A stretch of 64,000 nucleotides of DNA from an uncultured bacterium (GCA_963977015.1 CAXBMO010000015.1:64001-128000), one strand, 5' to 3'. Positions 40,312 through 50,081 are shown, counted from the stretch's first letter. Program-made: numbers and translations. Notes: a model not told the origin generated them from the letters alone.

Positions 40312-41514
40312 TTGATGAATCGAGTTCTGGAAGTTTTCGTGGTTTTTCTGCGCCTGGGTTTCACCTCCTTCGGCGGTCCGGTCGCCCACCTCGCCTTTTT
40401 TCACGACGCCTTCGTCAAGCGGCTGAAGTGGCTGGACGAGGAAACCTACAGCGACACGCTCGCCCTTTGCCAGTTTCTCCCGGGGCCGGGAAGTTCGCAG
40501 CTGGGGTTCGCGATCGGCTACCTGCGGGCCGGGATTCCTGGCGCCTTTGCCGCGTTTGTCGGCTTCACCGTCCCGTCGGCCGCGTTGATGATCGGCTTCG
40601 GCATGGGGATGCTCCATATTTCACCCGATGCCGACGCGCCCTGGCTGCAAGGTCTCAAGATCGCGGTGGTGGTGGTCGTGGCGAAAGCCGTTTGGGGAAT
40701 GGCGAAGCAGCTTTGTCCCGACCGATCCCGCATCACCCTGGCGATCGCCTGCGCGGTGACGATGTTGGCGCTGGGAATCGCCTGGGCTCAAGTCGCGGTG
40801 ATCGTGATCGGCGGAGTTTTTGGAGCGATGATCTTTCGCTCGAAAGACGACGCGCCAATCCCAACCAAGGCTGCGGAAATCGGGAAGCAGGAGAGCCGGC
40901 TCAAGTCGAGCTTCTGGCTCGTGCTGTTCTTCGTAATGTTGATTGGGTTGCCTTCCGCCGCGAACATTTTCGGCTGGGAAGAGGCGACGTTCTTCTCCGG
41001 ATTTTTCCAAGCTGGCTCCCTCGTTTTTGGGGGCGGTCACGTGATCTTGCCGTTGCTGCGGGATTTCGTGGTGCCAAACGGTTGGATGACGGACGATGCC
41101 TTCATGGCGGGATACGGTGCGGCCCAAGCGATGCCCGGCCCCCTGTTTACCATTGCGGCCTACCTCGGAACGGTTGCGCAGGATGCGCCATTTGGCGGGA
41201 TTGTTGGGGGCATCGTCGCCCTGCTCGCCATCTTCGTTCCATCCTGGCTCCTTGTGCTCGGCGCTCTTCCATTCTGGAAACGCATGCGGGGAAACCCCGT
41301 CTTCGCCGCCGCATTGAAAGGCGCAAACGCGGCGGTGGTCGGAATTTTGATCGCGGCGCTCTATCAACCGGTTTGGCTTGCCGGAATCCGGGAGCCGAGG
41401 CATTTCATCATCGGGCTGATTCTCTTTGGCCTCGTGATGTTCTGGAAACTCCCACCGTGGGCATCCGTCATCCTGGCCGCGGGACTCGGCTACGGCATTC
41501 TTGGCCTCACTTGA
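40312..41514 (+). CDS. chrA: Chromate efflux transporter
   Basis: LGFTSFGGP.AH, QFLPGPGSSQ, FGGGHV.LP, AQAMPGPLF. Confidence 0.93.
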   Translation: MMNRVLEVFVVFLRLGFTSFGGPVAHLAFFHDAFVKRLKWLDEETYSDTLALCQFLPGPGSSQLGFAIGYLRAGIPGAFAAFVGFTVPSAALMIGFGMGMLHISPDADAPWLQGLKIAVVVVVAKAVWGMAKQLCPDRSRITLAIACAVTMLALGIAWAQVAVIVIGGVFGAMIFRSKDDAPIPTKAAEIGKQESRLKSSFWLVLFFVMLIGLPSAANIFGWEEATFFSGFFQAGSLVFGGGHVILPLLRDFVVPNGWMTDDAFMAGYGAAQAMPGPLFTIAAYLGTVAQDAPFGGIVGGIVALLAIFVPSWLLVLGALPFWKRMRGNPVFAAALKGANAAVVGILIAALYQPVWLAGIREPRHFIIGLILFGLVMFWKLPPWASVILAAGLGYGILGLT

Positions 41515-42889
41515 CCGGGTTTCCGTAGGCGTCGACCTCGGTCAAGGCCGCCGGCGAGAGGGGAGGCTGGAGGTAGCGATTGATGGTCGCGAGGAGCTTT
41601 TCGCGGGCTTGCTGCGCTTCCGGCGAGAGGTTGTCGAATTCCAGCGGTTCCTCGCGCAGTCCCAATCCCGCAATGTCGTAGAATTTATCGTCGAGCAACG
41701 AGAGCTTGTAGGAATGATCGAGCGCAAAAATGTGGCGGCCATAAGCCATCTTGTCCCAACCGGGACGGGGATCATACCAGAAGAAGGCGACCTCCCGTGG
41801 TGTCGCGGGTTTGCCGAGCAGGCGCGGCGCAAAACTGATTCCATCCACAAGGCCCCAATCGTCGGGCAAGGATTTTCCGGCCAAATCCACCAACGTCGGT
41901 AGGAAGTCCGAGGCATCGACCAAGTCGTCGGTTACCAGTCCGGAGACCGGGCTTTTCGGCCAATTCACGATCAAGGGAACGCGAATTCCAGCTTGAATCG
42001 GCAACGCCTTTCCGCCCTGAACCGGCTTTCCGTTCAAGGTCGAGGTAATGCGTCGATCCGTTCCGTTATCGCCGTAAAACAGAATCATCGTATCCTCGCG
42101 CAACCCCAGTTCATCGAGCTTCGCCATCAAATTCCCCACAATCTTGTCCATGTATTCGACCATGTCCTTGAAGTAACGGGTATCTTCCTCAAACCGGCGG
42201 CTTGGATCCTTCCATTCCTCGGAATCCGGCGTGGGAACCATCGGCCAATGCGGAAGCGCCATCGGGTAGTAGACGAACATTCGTTCCTCCCGATTCCGCT
42301 TCATGAAATCCGCAATGTAGTCGATCGTCATGTCTTCCCCGTACTTCCCTTCATCGGTCCTGAGCACTCCGTTCTGGAGATAGGTCGGATCAGCATATCG
42401 CGACCCTTTATCCTCCGTTTCCTCAGCATGAAACAGCGAGTATTCGTCAAATCCCGCGTCTTTGGGATGCGTGCCGGTTCCGCGTCGTTTTTCGGCACCG
42501 GGAAAATCGGGCGGGTCGTAGGACGTCAGTTGCCACTTGCCCGCGATGCAGGTTTTGAATCCAAAATCGCTCATCAAGTGTCCGAACGTTTTTTCTCCCT
42601 GTCGCAAGATTCCAAAATACTGCCAATTCCGGTGGTTGTATTTCCCCGTCATGATCTGAACCCGCGTAGGCGTGCAGAGCGGTTGGGAATACGCGTGACT
42701 GAACCGAACGCCCGTCTTCGCCAAACCATCGAGAACCGGCGTTTTGTAGTCGGAACCGCCGTAACAGCCAATCCCGTCAATTCCGATGTCATCCGCGAGG
42801 ATTAGAATGATGTTTTTCGGTCCTTCATCGGCCAGAATTCCACCGGTGAGAAAGGCCAGAAAGAGGAGGGTTTGTTTGGCAAGGGGCAT
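41507..42889 (-). CDS. Sulfatase (formylglycine-dependent)
   Basis: NIILILADD, CTPTR, GKWQL, PH.P, GDNG; signal peptide; start taken at ATG 42889. Confidence 0.92.
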   Translation of the reverse strand: MPLAKQTLLFLAFLTGGILADEGPKNIILILADDIGIDGIGCYGGSDYKTPVLDGLAKTGVRFSHAYSQPLCTPTRVQIMTGKYNHRNWQYFGILRQGEKTFGHLMSDFGFKTCIAGKWQLTSYDPPDFPGAEKRRGTGTHPKDAGFDEYSLFHAEETEDKGSRYADPTYLQNGVLRTDEGKYGEDMTIDYIADFMKRNREERMFVYYPMALPHWPMVPTPDSEEWKDPSRRFEEDTRYFKDMVEYMDKIVGNLMAKLDELGLREDTMILFYGDNGTDRRITSTLNGKPVQGGKALPIQAGIRVPLIVNWPKSPVSGLVTDDLVDASDFLPTLVDLAGKSLPDDWGLVDGISFAPRLLGKPATPREVAFFWYDPRPGWDKMAYGRHIFALDHSYKLSLLDDKFYDIAGLGLREEPLEFDNLSPEAQQAREKLLATINRYLQPPLSPAALTEVDAYGNPVK

Positions 42890-43156
42890 GGCGGAAATCC
42901 TAATCCGGTTGAGTTCCAAATTGCAAACCAAGCTCCCGCAAGTTTGCGAAAAGTTTTGCCGAAAACGATTGCGCATTGCTAGGAACGCCTCGATTTTGCG
43001 GCTAGCCGATAATTCAGGTGCGCTAAAGATTAACCCACCACTAACCTTGAGTTGCTGATTTCTATCCCGGCCCACTTTTCTCTTCTCTGAAGGAATCAGT
43101 AGCCAACCACTGGAACTCTCAACTCTATCGGCTCTTAAAAAAATAAGTGTAGTTCA

Positions 43157-43576
43157 ATGAAATTGTATATTGGGAATATCCCCTATGAAGCCACGGAACT
43201 TGAGTTGCGTGAATTGGTCGGCCAACATGGTGAAGTTGTCGATCTCTACTATCCCACCGACCCAGAGACAGGAAGCCACAAAGGTTTTGCCTTTGCGACT
43301 CTAGACAGCAAGGAAGCAGGAACCGCTGCGATGGCAGCGATCAACGGCGCCGAGATCGGCGGACGTGAACTGCGTTGTAACGAAGCGGAAGAACGCCGAA
43401 AACCTCAACGCAACTTCGGTGGCGGTGGTGGCGGAGGAGGAGATCGCCGTGGCGGCGGTGGTGGTGGCTACCGTGGTGGTGGCGGAGGAGATCGTCGCGG
43501 TGGCGGCGGTGGTGGTGGACGCGATCGTCGCGGTGGCGGCGGACGTGATCGACGCCGAAACGATTGGGACGATTAA
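43157..43576 (+). CDS. RRM RNA-binding protein with Gly/Arg-rich tail
   Basis: RNP2 LYIGNI, RNP1 KGFAFA, GGGG-DRR repeats. Confidence 0.93.
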   Translation: MKLYIGNIPYEATELELRELVGQHGEVVDLYYPTDPETGSHKGFAFATLDSKEAGTAAMAAINGAEIGGRELRCNEAEERRKPQRNFGGGGGGGGDRRGGGGGGYRGGGGGDRRGGGGGGGRDRRGGGGRDRRRNDWDD

Positions 43577-43606
43577 ACCCGGGTCCAGAACCCAAAAAAT
43601 TTGATC

Positions 43607-43641
43607 AGAGCGGCTTCGAGAAATCGGAGCCGCTCTTTTTT
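43607..43641 (+). terminator. Intrinsic terminator
   Basis: AGAGCGGCTTCGA-GAAA-TCGGAGCCGCTCT followed by a T-run. Confidence 0.88.
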
Positions 43642-43668
43642 GCATCCACTCTTCAGAAGCGACAGAGG

Positions 43669-44949
43669 CTAAACGCCTTCGAGCCACAACGCACCGCCTT
43701 GGCCACCCCCAACGCAGAGGCTAACCAACGCGCGTTTTCCCCCGGTCCGGCGGAGTTCGCGAAGCGCGGTCAGCACCAGGCGTGAGCCACTCGCCCCCAC
43801 CGGATGTCCCAGCGCAATCGCGCCTCCGTTGGGGTTGAGCGATTCCCGGCGGACTGCTCCAATCGCTCCCTCAAGACCCATGCGTTTCGCGAAATCCTCG
43901 CTTTCCAAACACTTCAACGTCGCGAGAACCTGAACGGCAAATGCCTCGTTGATTTCGACAACCTCCGCGTCTTCCGGGCAAAGTCCGGTCTTCTTCTTCA
44001 ACTCACCAATCGCATAGGCCGGCCCCAGCCCCATGCGCGCCGGATCACACCCGCTGTAATGATAATCCGTGATCCGTCCCAAAGGCTTCAAACCCAGTTG
44101 TTCCGCTCGTGCTTCACTCATCACGAGGAGCGCCACCGCTCCATCGGTGATTTGCGAGGAATTGCCGGCGGTGACCGTTCCGTGGTTGCGGGCAAAGACC
44201 GGGCGAAGCTTCGAAAGGGATTCGAGACTCTGTTTTTCGCGAACTCCGTTGTCCTGTTGAACGCAGGATTTTTCCAGGAAAACCGGCGCGATTTCGCCCT
44301 GGAGTCGTTCCCTCGCCAGGGCCGCCTTTTGGTGACTCTTCAACGCGAACTCGTCCTGTTCGCCGCGCGAAATATCAAATTCCCTGGCCAACAGTTCTGC
44401 CGTATCGCCCATCGATAGCGAGACAACCGGATCCGTTAGCCCGAGTTTCAGTCCGATGACGGGAGAAAAGTCCTGAATCCGAAAGCGCGACATCGCGGCG
44501 AATCGTTGACCTGTGGTTCTTGCCCGCGAGAGCGCCGCAAACTTCGCCGCCGCCGCAAAACTGTAGAGCAGCGGCACCTGGGACATGTTTTCGGTTCCGC
44601 CCACCACGAAGATCTCCCCCCGGCCTGCCGCCATTCGCTCATAAGCGGTCGTCAGGGACTCAAATCCCGAGGCGCAGTTGCGATGCACCGTCGCTGCGGG
44701 TTTCGATTCCGGGATTCCGGATCTCAGGGCAATCACGCGCGCGATGTTTCCGGCATCAGCCGGTTGGCACACATTTCCAATGATGGTCTCATCAACCAGC
44801 TCAGGATCCAAACCCGTTCGGGTGAGAAGCGCATTCACTGCCGTTCTTCCCAATTCGACCGCGCTTGTTCGGGCGAAATCAGTGCCCATTTTGGAAAACG
44901 GAGTTCTCACTCCATCGACAATCACGAGTTTGGAATTCGAGACATTCAT
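43669..44949 (-). CDS. Acetyl-CoA C-acyltransferase (thiolase)
   Basis: RTPF, NCASG, TAGNSS..TDGA, NEAFA, GGAIALGHPVGASG, CVGGGQG. Confidence 0.95.
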   Translation of the reverse strand: MNVSNSKLVIVDGVRTPFSKMGTDFARTSAVELGRTAVNALLTRTGLDPELVDETIIGNVCQPADAGNIARVIALRSGIPESKPAATVHRNCASGFESLTTAYERMAAGRGEIFVVGGTENMSQVPLLYSFAAAAKFAALSRARTTGQRFAAMSRFRIQDFSPVIGLKLGLTDPVVSLSMGDTAELLAREFDISRGEQDEFALKSHQKAALARERLQGEIAPVFLEKSCVQQDNGVREKQSLESLSKLRPVFARNHGTVTAGNSSQITDGAVALLVMSEARAEQLGLKPLGRITDYHYSGCDPARMGLGPAYAIGELKKKTGLCPEDAEVVEINEAFAVQVLATLKCLESEDFAKRMGLEGAIGAVRRESLNPNGGAIALGHPVGASGSRLVLTALRELRRTGGKRALVSLCVGGGQGGALWLEGV

Positions 44950-45081
44950 TGGATAAATTGTCATACAATCAGACAGGAATCCACCACTTTCCGGGCTCCT
45001 GAAATTCTCACGATTCCGGCTTCTCTAACCTTTCGGCTTTCCTCATTCTGCAACTTCGCGTATCTTCCCCCCTTCACCATC

Positions 45082-45774
45082 GTGCTCCGTTTTCTCTCTC
45101 ACAGGTTGGTTTTTGCGTCGCTCGGAGCCTTCGCAATCGGGATCAGCCTCAGCTCCTGCTCCAAAATGTCCGATACCCAAACCCATTCCATATCAACGGT
45201 CGACGAGGTGAAAGCTCACTTCTCTAAACTCGACAAAGTGGTGCTGACCTTTGTTGGGTATTCCGGTCTCGGCTATGAAGATGAGGAGGCCCTGGAGAAA
45301 ATCGTGATCAATCGCTTTCTCAAAACCCTCGACCCCAAGAAGACGCTCATCAATGTGGGCGTCACGCCTGATGGCATTGGCGCCGTTTATGAGTGGGCCA
45401 GCAAAATGGGATTCGAAACGACCGGGATCGTCTCGAGCCAGGCTCTCGAATATGGCGTTGATGTTTCTCCCTTTGTGAAAAATGGGACCTTCTTCATCGA
45501 AGACGAAACCTGGGGCGGATATCTGGAGGGAACTGAGAAGCTTTCCCCGACCTCGGAAGCGATGGTCTCGGTTAGCCATCAGATGATTGCGATTGGTGGT
45601 GGCGAGGTGGCGCTCGATGAAATGCGGGAGATGAAGAAGCGAAACAAGACGATCACCTACATTCCCGCGGAGATGAATCACGAAAAAGCGCAGGCCAAGG
45701 CGGCCAAGAAAGGGGATCCTGCACCCACCAGTTTTTGGGGGCCGCTAGAGTCCGAGTTTGAAGCGTCTCTTTGA
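45082..45774 (+). CDS. Hypothetical protein, SLOG-like fold, possible lipoprotein
   Basis: LTFVGYSG, G.TPDGIG, IAIGGGEVALDE; LSSC lipobox if GTG 45082 is the start. Confidence 0.6.
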   Translation: MLRFLSHRLVFASLGAFAIGISLSSCSKMSDTQTHSISTVDEVKAHFSKLDKVVLTFVGYSGLGYEDEEALEKIVINRFLKTLDPKKTLINVGVTPDGIGAVYEWASKMGFETTGIVSSQALEYGVDVSPFVKNGTFFIEDETWGGYLEGTEKLSPTSEAMVSVSHQMIAIGGGEVALDEMREMKKRNKTITYIPAEMNHEKAQAKAAKKGDPAPTSFWGPLESEFEASL

Positions 45775-45775
45775 G

Positions 45776-46099
45776 ATGAAGATGTTCTTGCTCGGCGGTT
45801 TGGCCGTTCTTCTTACCAGTCTCTCCGGATCAGCGCCGGTCGATTCGAGTTGTTCGCTCTCAAAGGACGAACTCTCGAAAATTCGGGGCAAAATTCAGTT
45901 CGTCGACAGTTTTCCCGACTACAAGGTCAAGGTCGTGACCTCATTTCCAGACCTCAAGGTGAAAAAAGTCACCAGCTTTCCGGACTCGCCGGGCGAATGG
46001 CAAATCGTCAATAGTTTCCCGGACTACAAAATCCAGATCGTGTCTTCGTTCCCGGATTTCACGATTGAATATGTCGACTCGTTTCCCGGCGTTCCGTGA
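45776..46099 (+). CDS. Small exported protein with six V-x-SFP(D/G) repeats
   Basis: Signal peptide followed by six ~11-aa repeats. Confidence 0.8.
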   Translation: MKMFLLGGLAVLLTSLSGSAPVDSSCSLSKDELSKIRGKIQFVDSFPDYKVKVVTSFPDLKVKKVTSFPDSPGEWQIVNSFPDYKIQIVSSFPDFTIEYVDSFPGVP

Positions 46100-46672
46100 T
46101 CAGGAATCCAGCCGCGCCTTAACCGTTGCCAGAACCTCAACGAAGGCTTCGGATCTCATGGCCGGTTTGAGATCCTGTTTCCAGGTTTTGGGCAAACCTT
46201 CGTCTTCCGGCATTCCGAGCCACGAACGGCATCCGCCAAATCCTTTTCGATTCGCCAGTTCCCAAGGTTCGCCCAGTTGGTAAACTCTGACGACGGCCAG
46301 GCTGATGCCGTTGTTCTCTCCCCAACCGAACCGGTCTTCGATCACGGACGGCTTCCAGATGTGGAGATCCTGGAAGCCCTTCGCCAGTTCGAGATCGGTG
46401 ATCTCCGCAGTAAACTCGATCTTCGCGTATTGCCGAATCTCGATGGTCTCACGTTCCTTGGTCGGCATTTCCGCCGTTTTATCGGCTTCGTCGAGCTGCA
46501 ACTGCACTTCCTGCTCGTGAAAATAGGTCGGAAAGAGAAAAAATTCGCGATGCAGCCATTGAAATCCGTGCTTGCCCTCGGAAATTCCGCCCTTCCGCAA
46601 AATTAGGCTCTGTTCACCGCGTTCCATCGCGTCGCACACCAGTTTCCATTCTTTAAAGCCAAAAGCTGACAT
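46100..46672 (-). CDS. DUF1802 family protein
   Basis: FKEW..VC.A...G.Q..ILRKGGI.E, FFLFPT..H, GGCRSW. Confidence 0.88.
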   Translation of the reverse strand: MSAFGFKEWKLVCDAMERGEQSLILRKGGISEGKHGFQWLHREFFLFPTYFHEQEVQLQLDEADKTAEMPTKERETIEIRQYAKIEFTAEITDLELAKGFQDLHIWKPSVIEDRFGWGENNGISLAVVRVYQLGEPWELANRKGFGGCRSWLGMPEDEGLPKTWKQDLKPAMRSEAFVEVLATVKARLDS

Positions 46673-46772
46673 AGTTGCAAGCTAACGCCGAAACCAGTCA
46701 ATTTCGAATTGCAAATCTGGATGAACGCCCCTAAGATTCCCGCCCGAATGCCTTACCGGCAAAAAATCGGAT

Positions 46773-46849
46773 GGTGACCGTAGCTCAGTTGGTAGAGCCC
46801 CAGTTTGTGGTATTGGTTGTCGCGGGTTCGAGCCCCGTCGGTCACCCCA
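46773..46849 (+). tRNA. tRNA-His (GTG)
   Basis: Cloverleaf with G-1, acceptor GTGACCG/CGGTCAC, anticodon arm CCAGT-TT[GTG]GT-ATTGG, TTCGA loop, encoded CCA. Confidence 0.97.
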
Positions 46850-46897
46850 TTTTCCCTTTGCAAGTAGGCCCAAGTGAAGATTTCTTGTACCCTTCAC

Positions 46898-47593
46898 ATG
46901 GTTTCGTTGGAAGATAAAGTCGGTTACAAGTTTCGCAATTCGCTCCTCCTTGCGGAGGCGCTCACGCATCCCAGCCTCGCCTACGAAACTCAAAAGCCGC
47001 ACTTCGACAATCAGCGGCTCGAATTTCTCGGTGACGCGGTGCTCCAGCTCATTTTGACGGAAGAGCTTTACAATCTGTTTCCGACGTTCGGGGAAGGCCG
47101 GCTCACGAAACTCCGTTCCCGTCTGGTTTCCCGTTCCGCGCTGAAAGTCTACGCGCTTGAGATTGGCCTGGGCCAATATCTCATGTTGGGCAAAGGCGAA
47201 GAAGCCAGTGGTGGCCGGAACCGGTCCTCAACCCTGGCAGATGCCTTTGAGGCTCTGGTGGGTGCCGTCTATTTGGATGGCGGCTTTGAAGCGGCGCAGG
47301 AATTCCTTGCCGCCCATTGTCGCAAATCGATGGAAGTGATTGAGGCGATGCCGGCCGAAGTGAATCCCAAAGGCCAGCTCCAGGAAATCCTTCAGGCGAT
47401 TTCATCATCAAGCCCCAGATACATCGTTCTCTCTCAAAAAGGGCCCGATCACAAAAAGACCTTCATTTGTGGCGTGGAATGGAACGGCATCAAGTTGGGT
47501 GAAGGAAAGGGATCCAGTAAAAAGGAGGCCGAAGCGAACGCCGCTTCCACCGCACTGGAGAGCCGGATTTGGGAAGAAGAAACCGGGACCTGA
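46898..47593 (+). CDS. rnc: Ribonuclease III
   Basis: ALTHPS, NQRLEFLGDAVL, AD.FEAL.GA.YLD, dsRBD NPK..LQE...G.SKKEAE. Confidence 0.97.
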   Translation: MVSLEDKVGYKFRNSLLLAEALTHPSLAYETQKPHFDNQRLEFLGDAVLQLILTEELYNLFPTFGEGRLTKLRSRLVSRSALKVYALEIGLGQYLMLGKGEEASGGRNRSSTLADAFEALVGAVYLDGGFEAAQEFLAAHCRKSMEVIEAMPAEVNPKGQLQEILQAISSSSPRYIVLSQKGPDHKKTFICGVEWNGIKLGEGKGSSKKEAEANAASTALESRIWEEETGT

Positions 47594-47599
47594 AATCCT

Positions 47600-47880
47600 G
47601 ACAAATTCCCTATTCCCAACAGCCTGGAATTGAGTGTGAATAGTGCGTGGATGACGGTCTATGACTTGTGAAAATGTGAAGAAGTTTGAGACTTATTCGC
47701 GAGACGGTCGGATATTCACATCCATTGTTCACACGAATGTTTGCGCTACGACTCATTGATCGTAAGAGGGTTGCGAAAGTTATCGGGACTTATTCACGGA
47801 TCTAAGAAGAAGAAATAATTTAAAATTTTATTCCCTTCTATCTCTCCAAAAGCGCGTGTTTTAAAAAATCCACGCTTTCA
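47600..47880. other. Candidate chromosomal replication origin (oriC)
   Basis: Cluster of degenerate DnaA-box-like 9-mers followed by a trinucleotide run and AT-rich tract, in an ORF-free gap between convergent genes. Confidence 0.5.
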
Positions 47881-47962
47881 GTTGTAGGCTTGTTAGAGAC
47901 ATGTTAGCGAGTCCCTTCCTGAAACCAAAACCTGCCCTGACAGAACCACAAACCCGCTCTCT

Positions 47963-48739
47963 CTAGCGAATGATTCCGCGCTCACTGCCTGCCACAAAAT
48001 CCGCCAACGTCTTGAGGACGTTTTCCGGTGAATCCTCCATGGCGCGAATCTCCTCGAGAGCTTGGGAAACGTTCAGGTTTTTCCGATACAACAGGCGGTG
48101 GGCCTTTTTGAGGACAGTGACCGATTCTTCGCTGAAGCCACGACGCTGCAGTCCCACGATGTTGACGGAGCGGACTTCTGCCGGATTCCCATCGGCAATC
48201 ATGAAGGGAGGTACGTCTTGAACGATCTTGGTACAACCTCCAGTGATCGCGTGAGTGCCAACCCGGCAAAACTGGTGAACCGCGCTCAAACCGCCCAGAA
48301 TCGCGAAATCCTGGACCTCAACGTGACCGGCAAGCGTCCCGTTGTTGGAAAAAATCACGTCGTCTCCAACCGAGCATTCGTGGGCAATGTGGCTGTAGGC
48401 GAGAAAGTTGTTTCGGCTGCCGATCCGGGTCACCTCCTGGTCGTTGGTGCTGCGATGGATCGTGATGAACTCGCGAAAGGTGTTGTCGTCGCCAATTTCG
48501 CAAAACGTGGGCTCACCCTTGTATTTCAAGTCCTGCGTCTGCTGGCCAATCGAGCCGTAGGCGAAAAAGCGATTGTTGGATCCAATCTTGGTTGGCCCGG
48601 CAATGGTGACGTGGTTCTGCAGCCAGGTTCCTGAGCCTATTTCCACATTCTCGTGGATCACGCAGTAGGGACCGATTTCGACGTCCTCTGCGAGTTTCGC
48701 AGAGTCATGGATGATTGCTGTTGGGTGGATTTTTGACAT
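47963..48739 (-). CDS. lpxA: UDP-N-acetylglucosamine O-acyltransferase
   Basis: IHPTAII hexapeptide repeats, QDLKY.GE, HIAHEC, LAGHV, VHQF. Confidence 0.96.
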   Translation of the reverse strand: MSKIHPTAIIHDSAKLAEDVEIGPYCVIHENVEIGSGTWLQNHVTIAGPTKIGSNNRFFAYGSIGQQTQDLKYKGEPTFCEIGDDNTFREFITIHRSTNDQEVTRIGSRNNFLAYSHIAHECSVGDDVIFSNNGTLAGHVEVQDFAILGGLSAVHQFCRVGTHAITGGCTKIVQDVPPFMIADGNPAEVRSVNIVGLQRRGFSEESVTVLKKAHRLLYRKNLNVSQALEEIRAMEDSPENVLKTLADFVAGSERGIIR

Positions 48740-48761
48740 AACGCCCGCCCTCTAACCTTCC

Positions 48762-50081
48762 TCAACGATCCAGAAGCGCAAACTTCAGTTCGCCAGAAGA
48801 CGCGACATCGCCATTGACGATGCAGCGACATCTCGCCTGGCCGATGTTTCGCTTCACCTTCAAAAACTCGGCTTCAATGAAAAGGGTATCACCCGGCATC
48901 ACCGGACGGCGAAATTTCACGGAATCCGCACTCACAAAATAGCCGATCTTGCCCTGATTCTCGGGTTTGCGGAGCATGATGATGCTGGCGACTTGCGCCA
49001 TCGCCTCAACCTGGAGAACGCCAGGCATGACGGGATGGCCCGGGAAGTGGCCCTGGAAGTATGGCTCGTTGATCGTCACCTGCTTCACCCCGGTACACTT
49101 CATGTCGCCTTCGAAATCGACGATGCGGTCGACCATGAGGAAGGGATAGCGATGAGGAAGAATCTTCATCACCTCGTTCACGTCGAGCACGCCTTTGCCG
49201 GTCGGGATATTGAGCGGCTTCGGCGCCGCGGCTTCCACTTCCTTAAAGGCATTGTTCAGGCGTTGGGCCATCAGGGTGTTTGGCCGATGCCCGGGTTTGA
49301 TCGCGATGACGTGGCCCATGATGCGGCGTCCGCTCAGCATCAAATCGCCGATGAGATCGAGAATTTTGTGCCGCACAAATTCTTCCTTAAAGCGCATCGC
49401 TTCCTTGCTCATCACTTCTTCACCGCGAATCACCACTGCATTTTCGAGACTTCCGCCCTGAATCAGCCCCTTGTCCATCAGCGGCTTCACGTCCTCGTAG
49501 TAAACAAAGGTGCGCGCCGCGGCGATTTCCTTTTCGTAGGTCTCCGGATTGATCTCGAGACTCTTGTATTGGGTGAACCGGCCGTCGGGCCCTTCCTGGG
49601 TGCAGGAAATCCGGAACTTCTTGTCGGGAACGACCGTGATAATCGAACCATTGGTTTCGAGATGGATCGGTTCGCGGACCTCATAAACCTTGCGGAGTTG
49701 ATCCTGCTTTTCGAGCCCCGCCTTTTTCACCAGTTCCACGAAAGGACGCGAACTGCCGTCACCGATGGGAGGTTCGTTGGCGTCCATCTCGACAATCGCA
49801 TTATCGACGCCCATTCCGGTGAGAGCGGAGATAACGTGCTCGACGGTGTGCACTTTCACGCTGCCTTCCGCGATGGTGGTGGCCCGCTCGACTTCCTGAA
49901 CCTTGCTAACGTGTGCATCGAGAAATGGCTTATCTTCCAAGTCAACACGGCGGAACTTGATCCCGTGATCGGTGGGAGCCGGTTGCAGCGTTAGAGAAAC
50001 TTTTTCACCGGTATGAAGGGAAGTCCCCGCAAGGGTCGCGGATTTGGCAAGAGTATGTTGGTATTCGATTGGGCCAGCCAT
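48762..50081 (-). CDS. lpxC: Bifunctional LpxC / FabZ
   Basis: TVEH, PIGDGS, ARTF, RHKILD.IGD, then FabZ LPHRYPFL.VD and FQGHFP..PVMPGVL. Confidence 0.96.
   Translation of the reverse strand: MAGPIEYQHTLAKSATLAGTSLHTGEKVSLTLQPAPTDHGIKFRRVDLEDKPFLDAHVSKVQEVERATTIAEGSVKVHTVEHVISALTGMGVDNAIVEMDANEPPIGDGSSRPFVELVKKAGLEKQDQLRKVYEVREPIHLETNGSIITVVPDKKFRISCTQEGPDGRFTQYKSLEINPETYEKEIAAARTFVYYEDVKPLMDKGLIQGGSLENAVVIRGEEVMSKEAMRFKEEFVRHKILDLIGDLMLSGRRIMGHVIAIKPGHRPNTLMAQRLNNAFKEVEAAAPKPLNIPTGKGVLDVNEVMKILPHRYPFLMVDRIVDFEGDMKCTGVKQVTINEPYFQGHFPGHPVMPGVLQVEAMAQVASIIMLRKPENQGKIGYFVSADSVKFRRPVMPGDTLFIEAEFLKVKRNIGQARCRCIVNGDVASSGELKFALLDR

Noticed and set aside
43415-43560. GGT/GGC tandem repeats
   Set aside because: They encode the ordinary Gly/Arg-rich tail of the RRM protein; not a CRISPR array or contingency locus
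45890-46095. Periodic nucleotide repeats (TTTCC(C/G/A)GA) resembling a mini-CRISPR
   Set aside because: Codon-phased and synonymously diverged, so they are protein repeats; no cas genes
46773-46849. tRNA-His as an integration site
   Set aside because: No duplicated tRNA 3' end or integrase seen; rnc follows directly
48762-50081. LpxC-FabZ fusion
   Set aside because: A real but well-known fusion in several phyla; not novel
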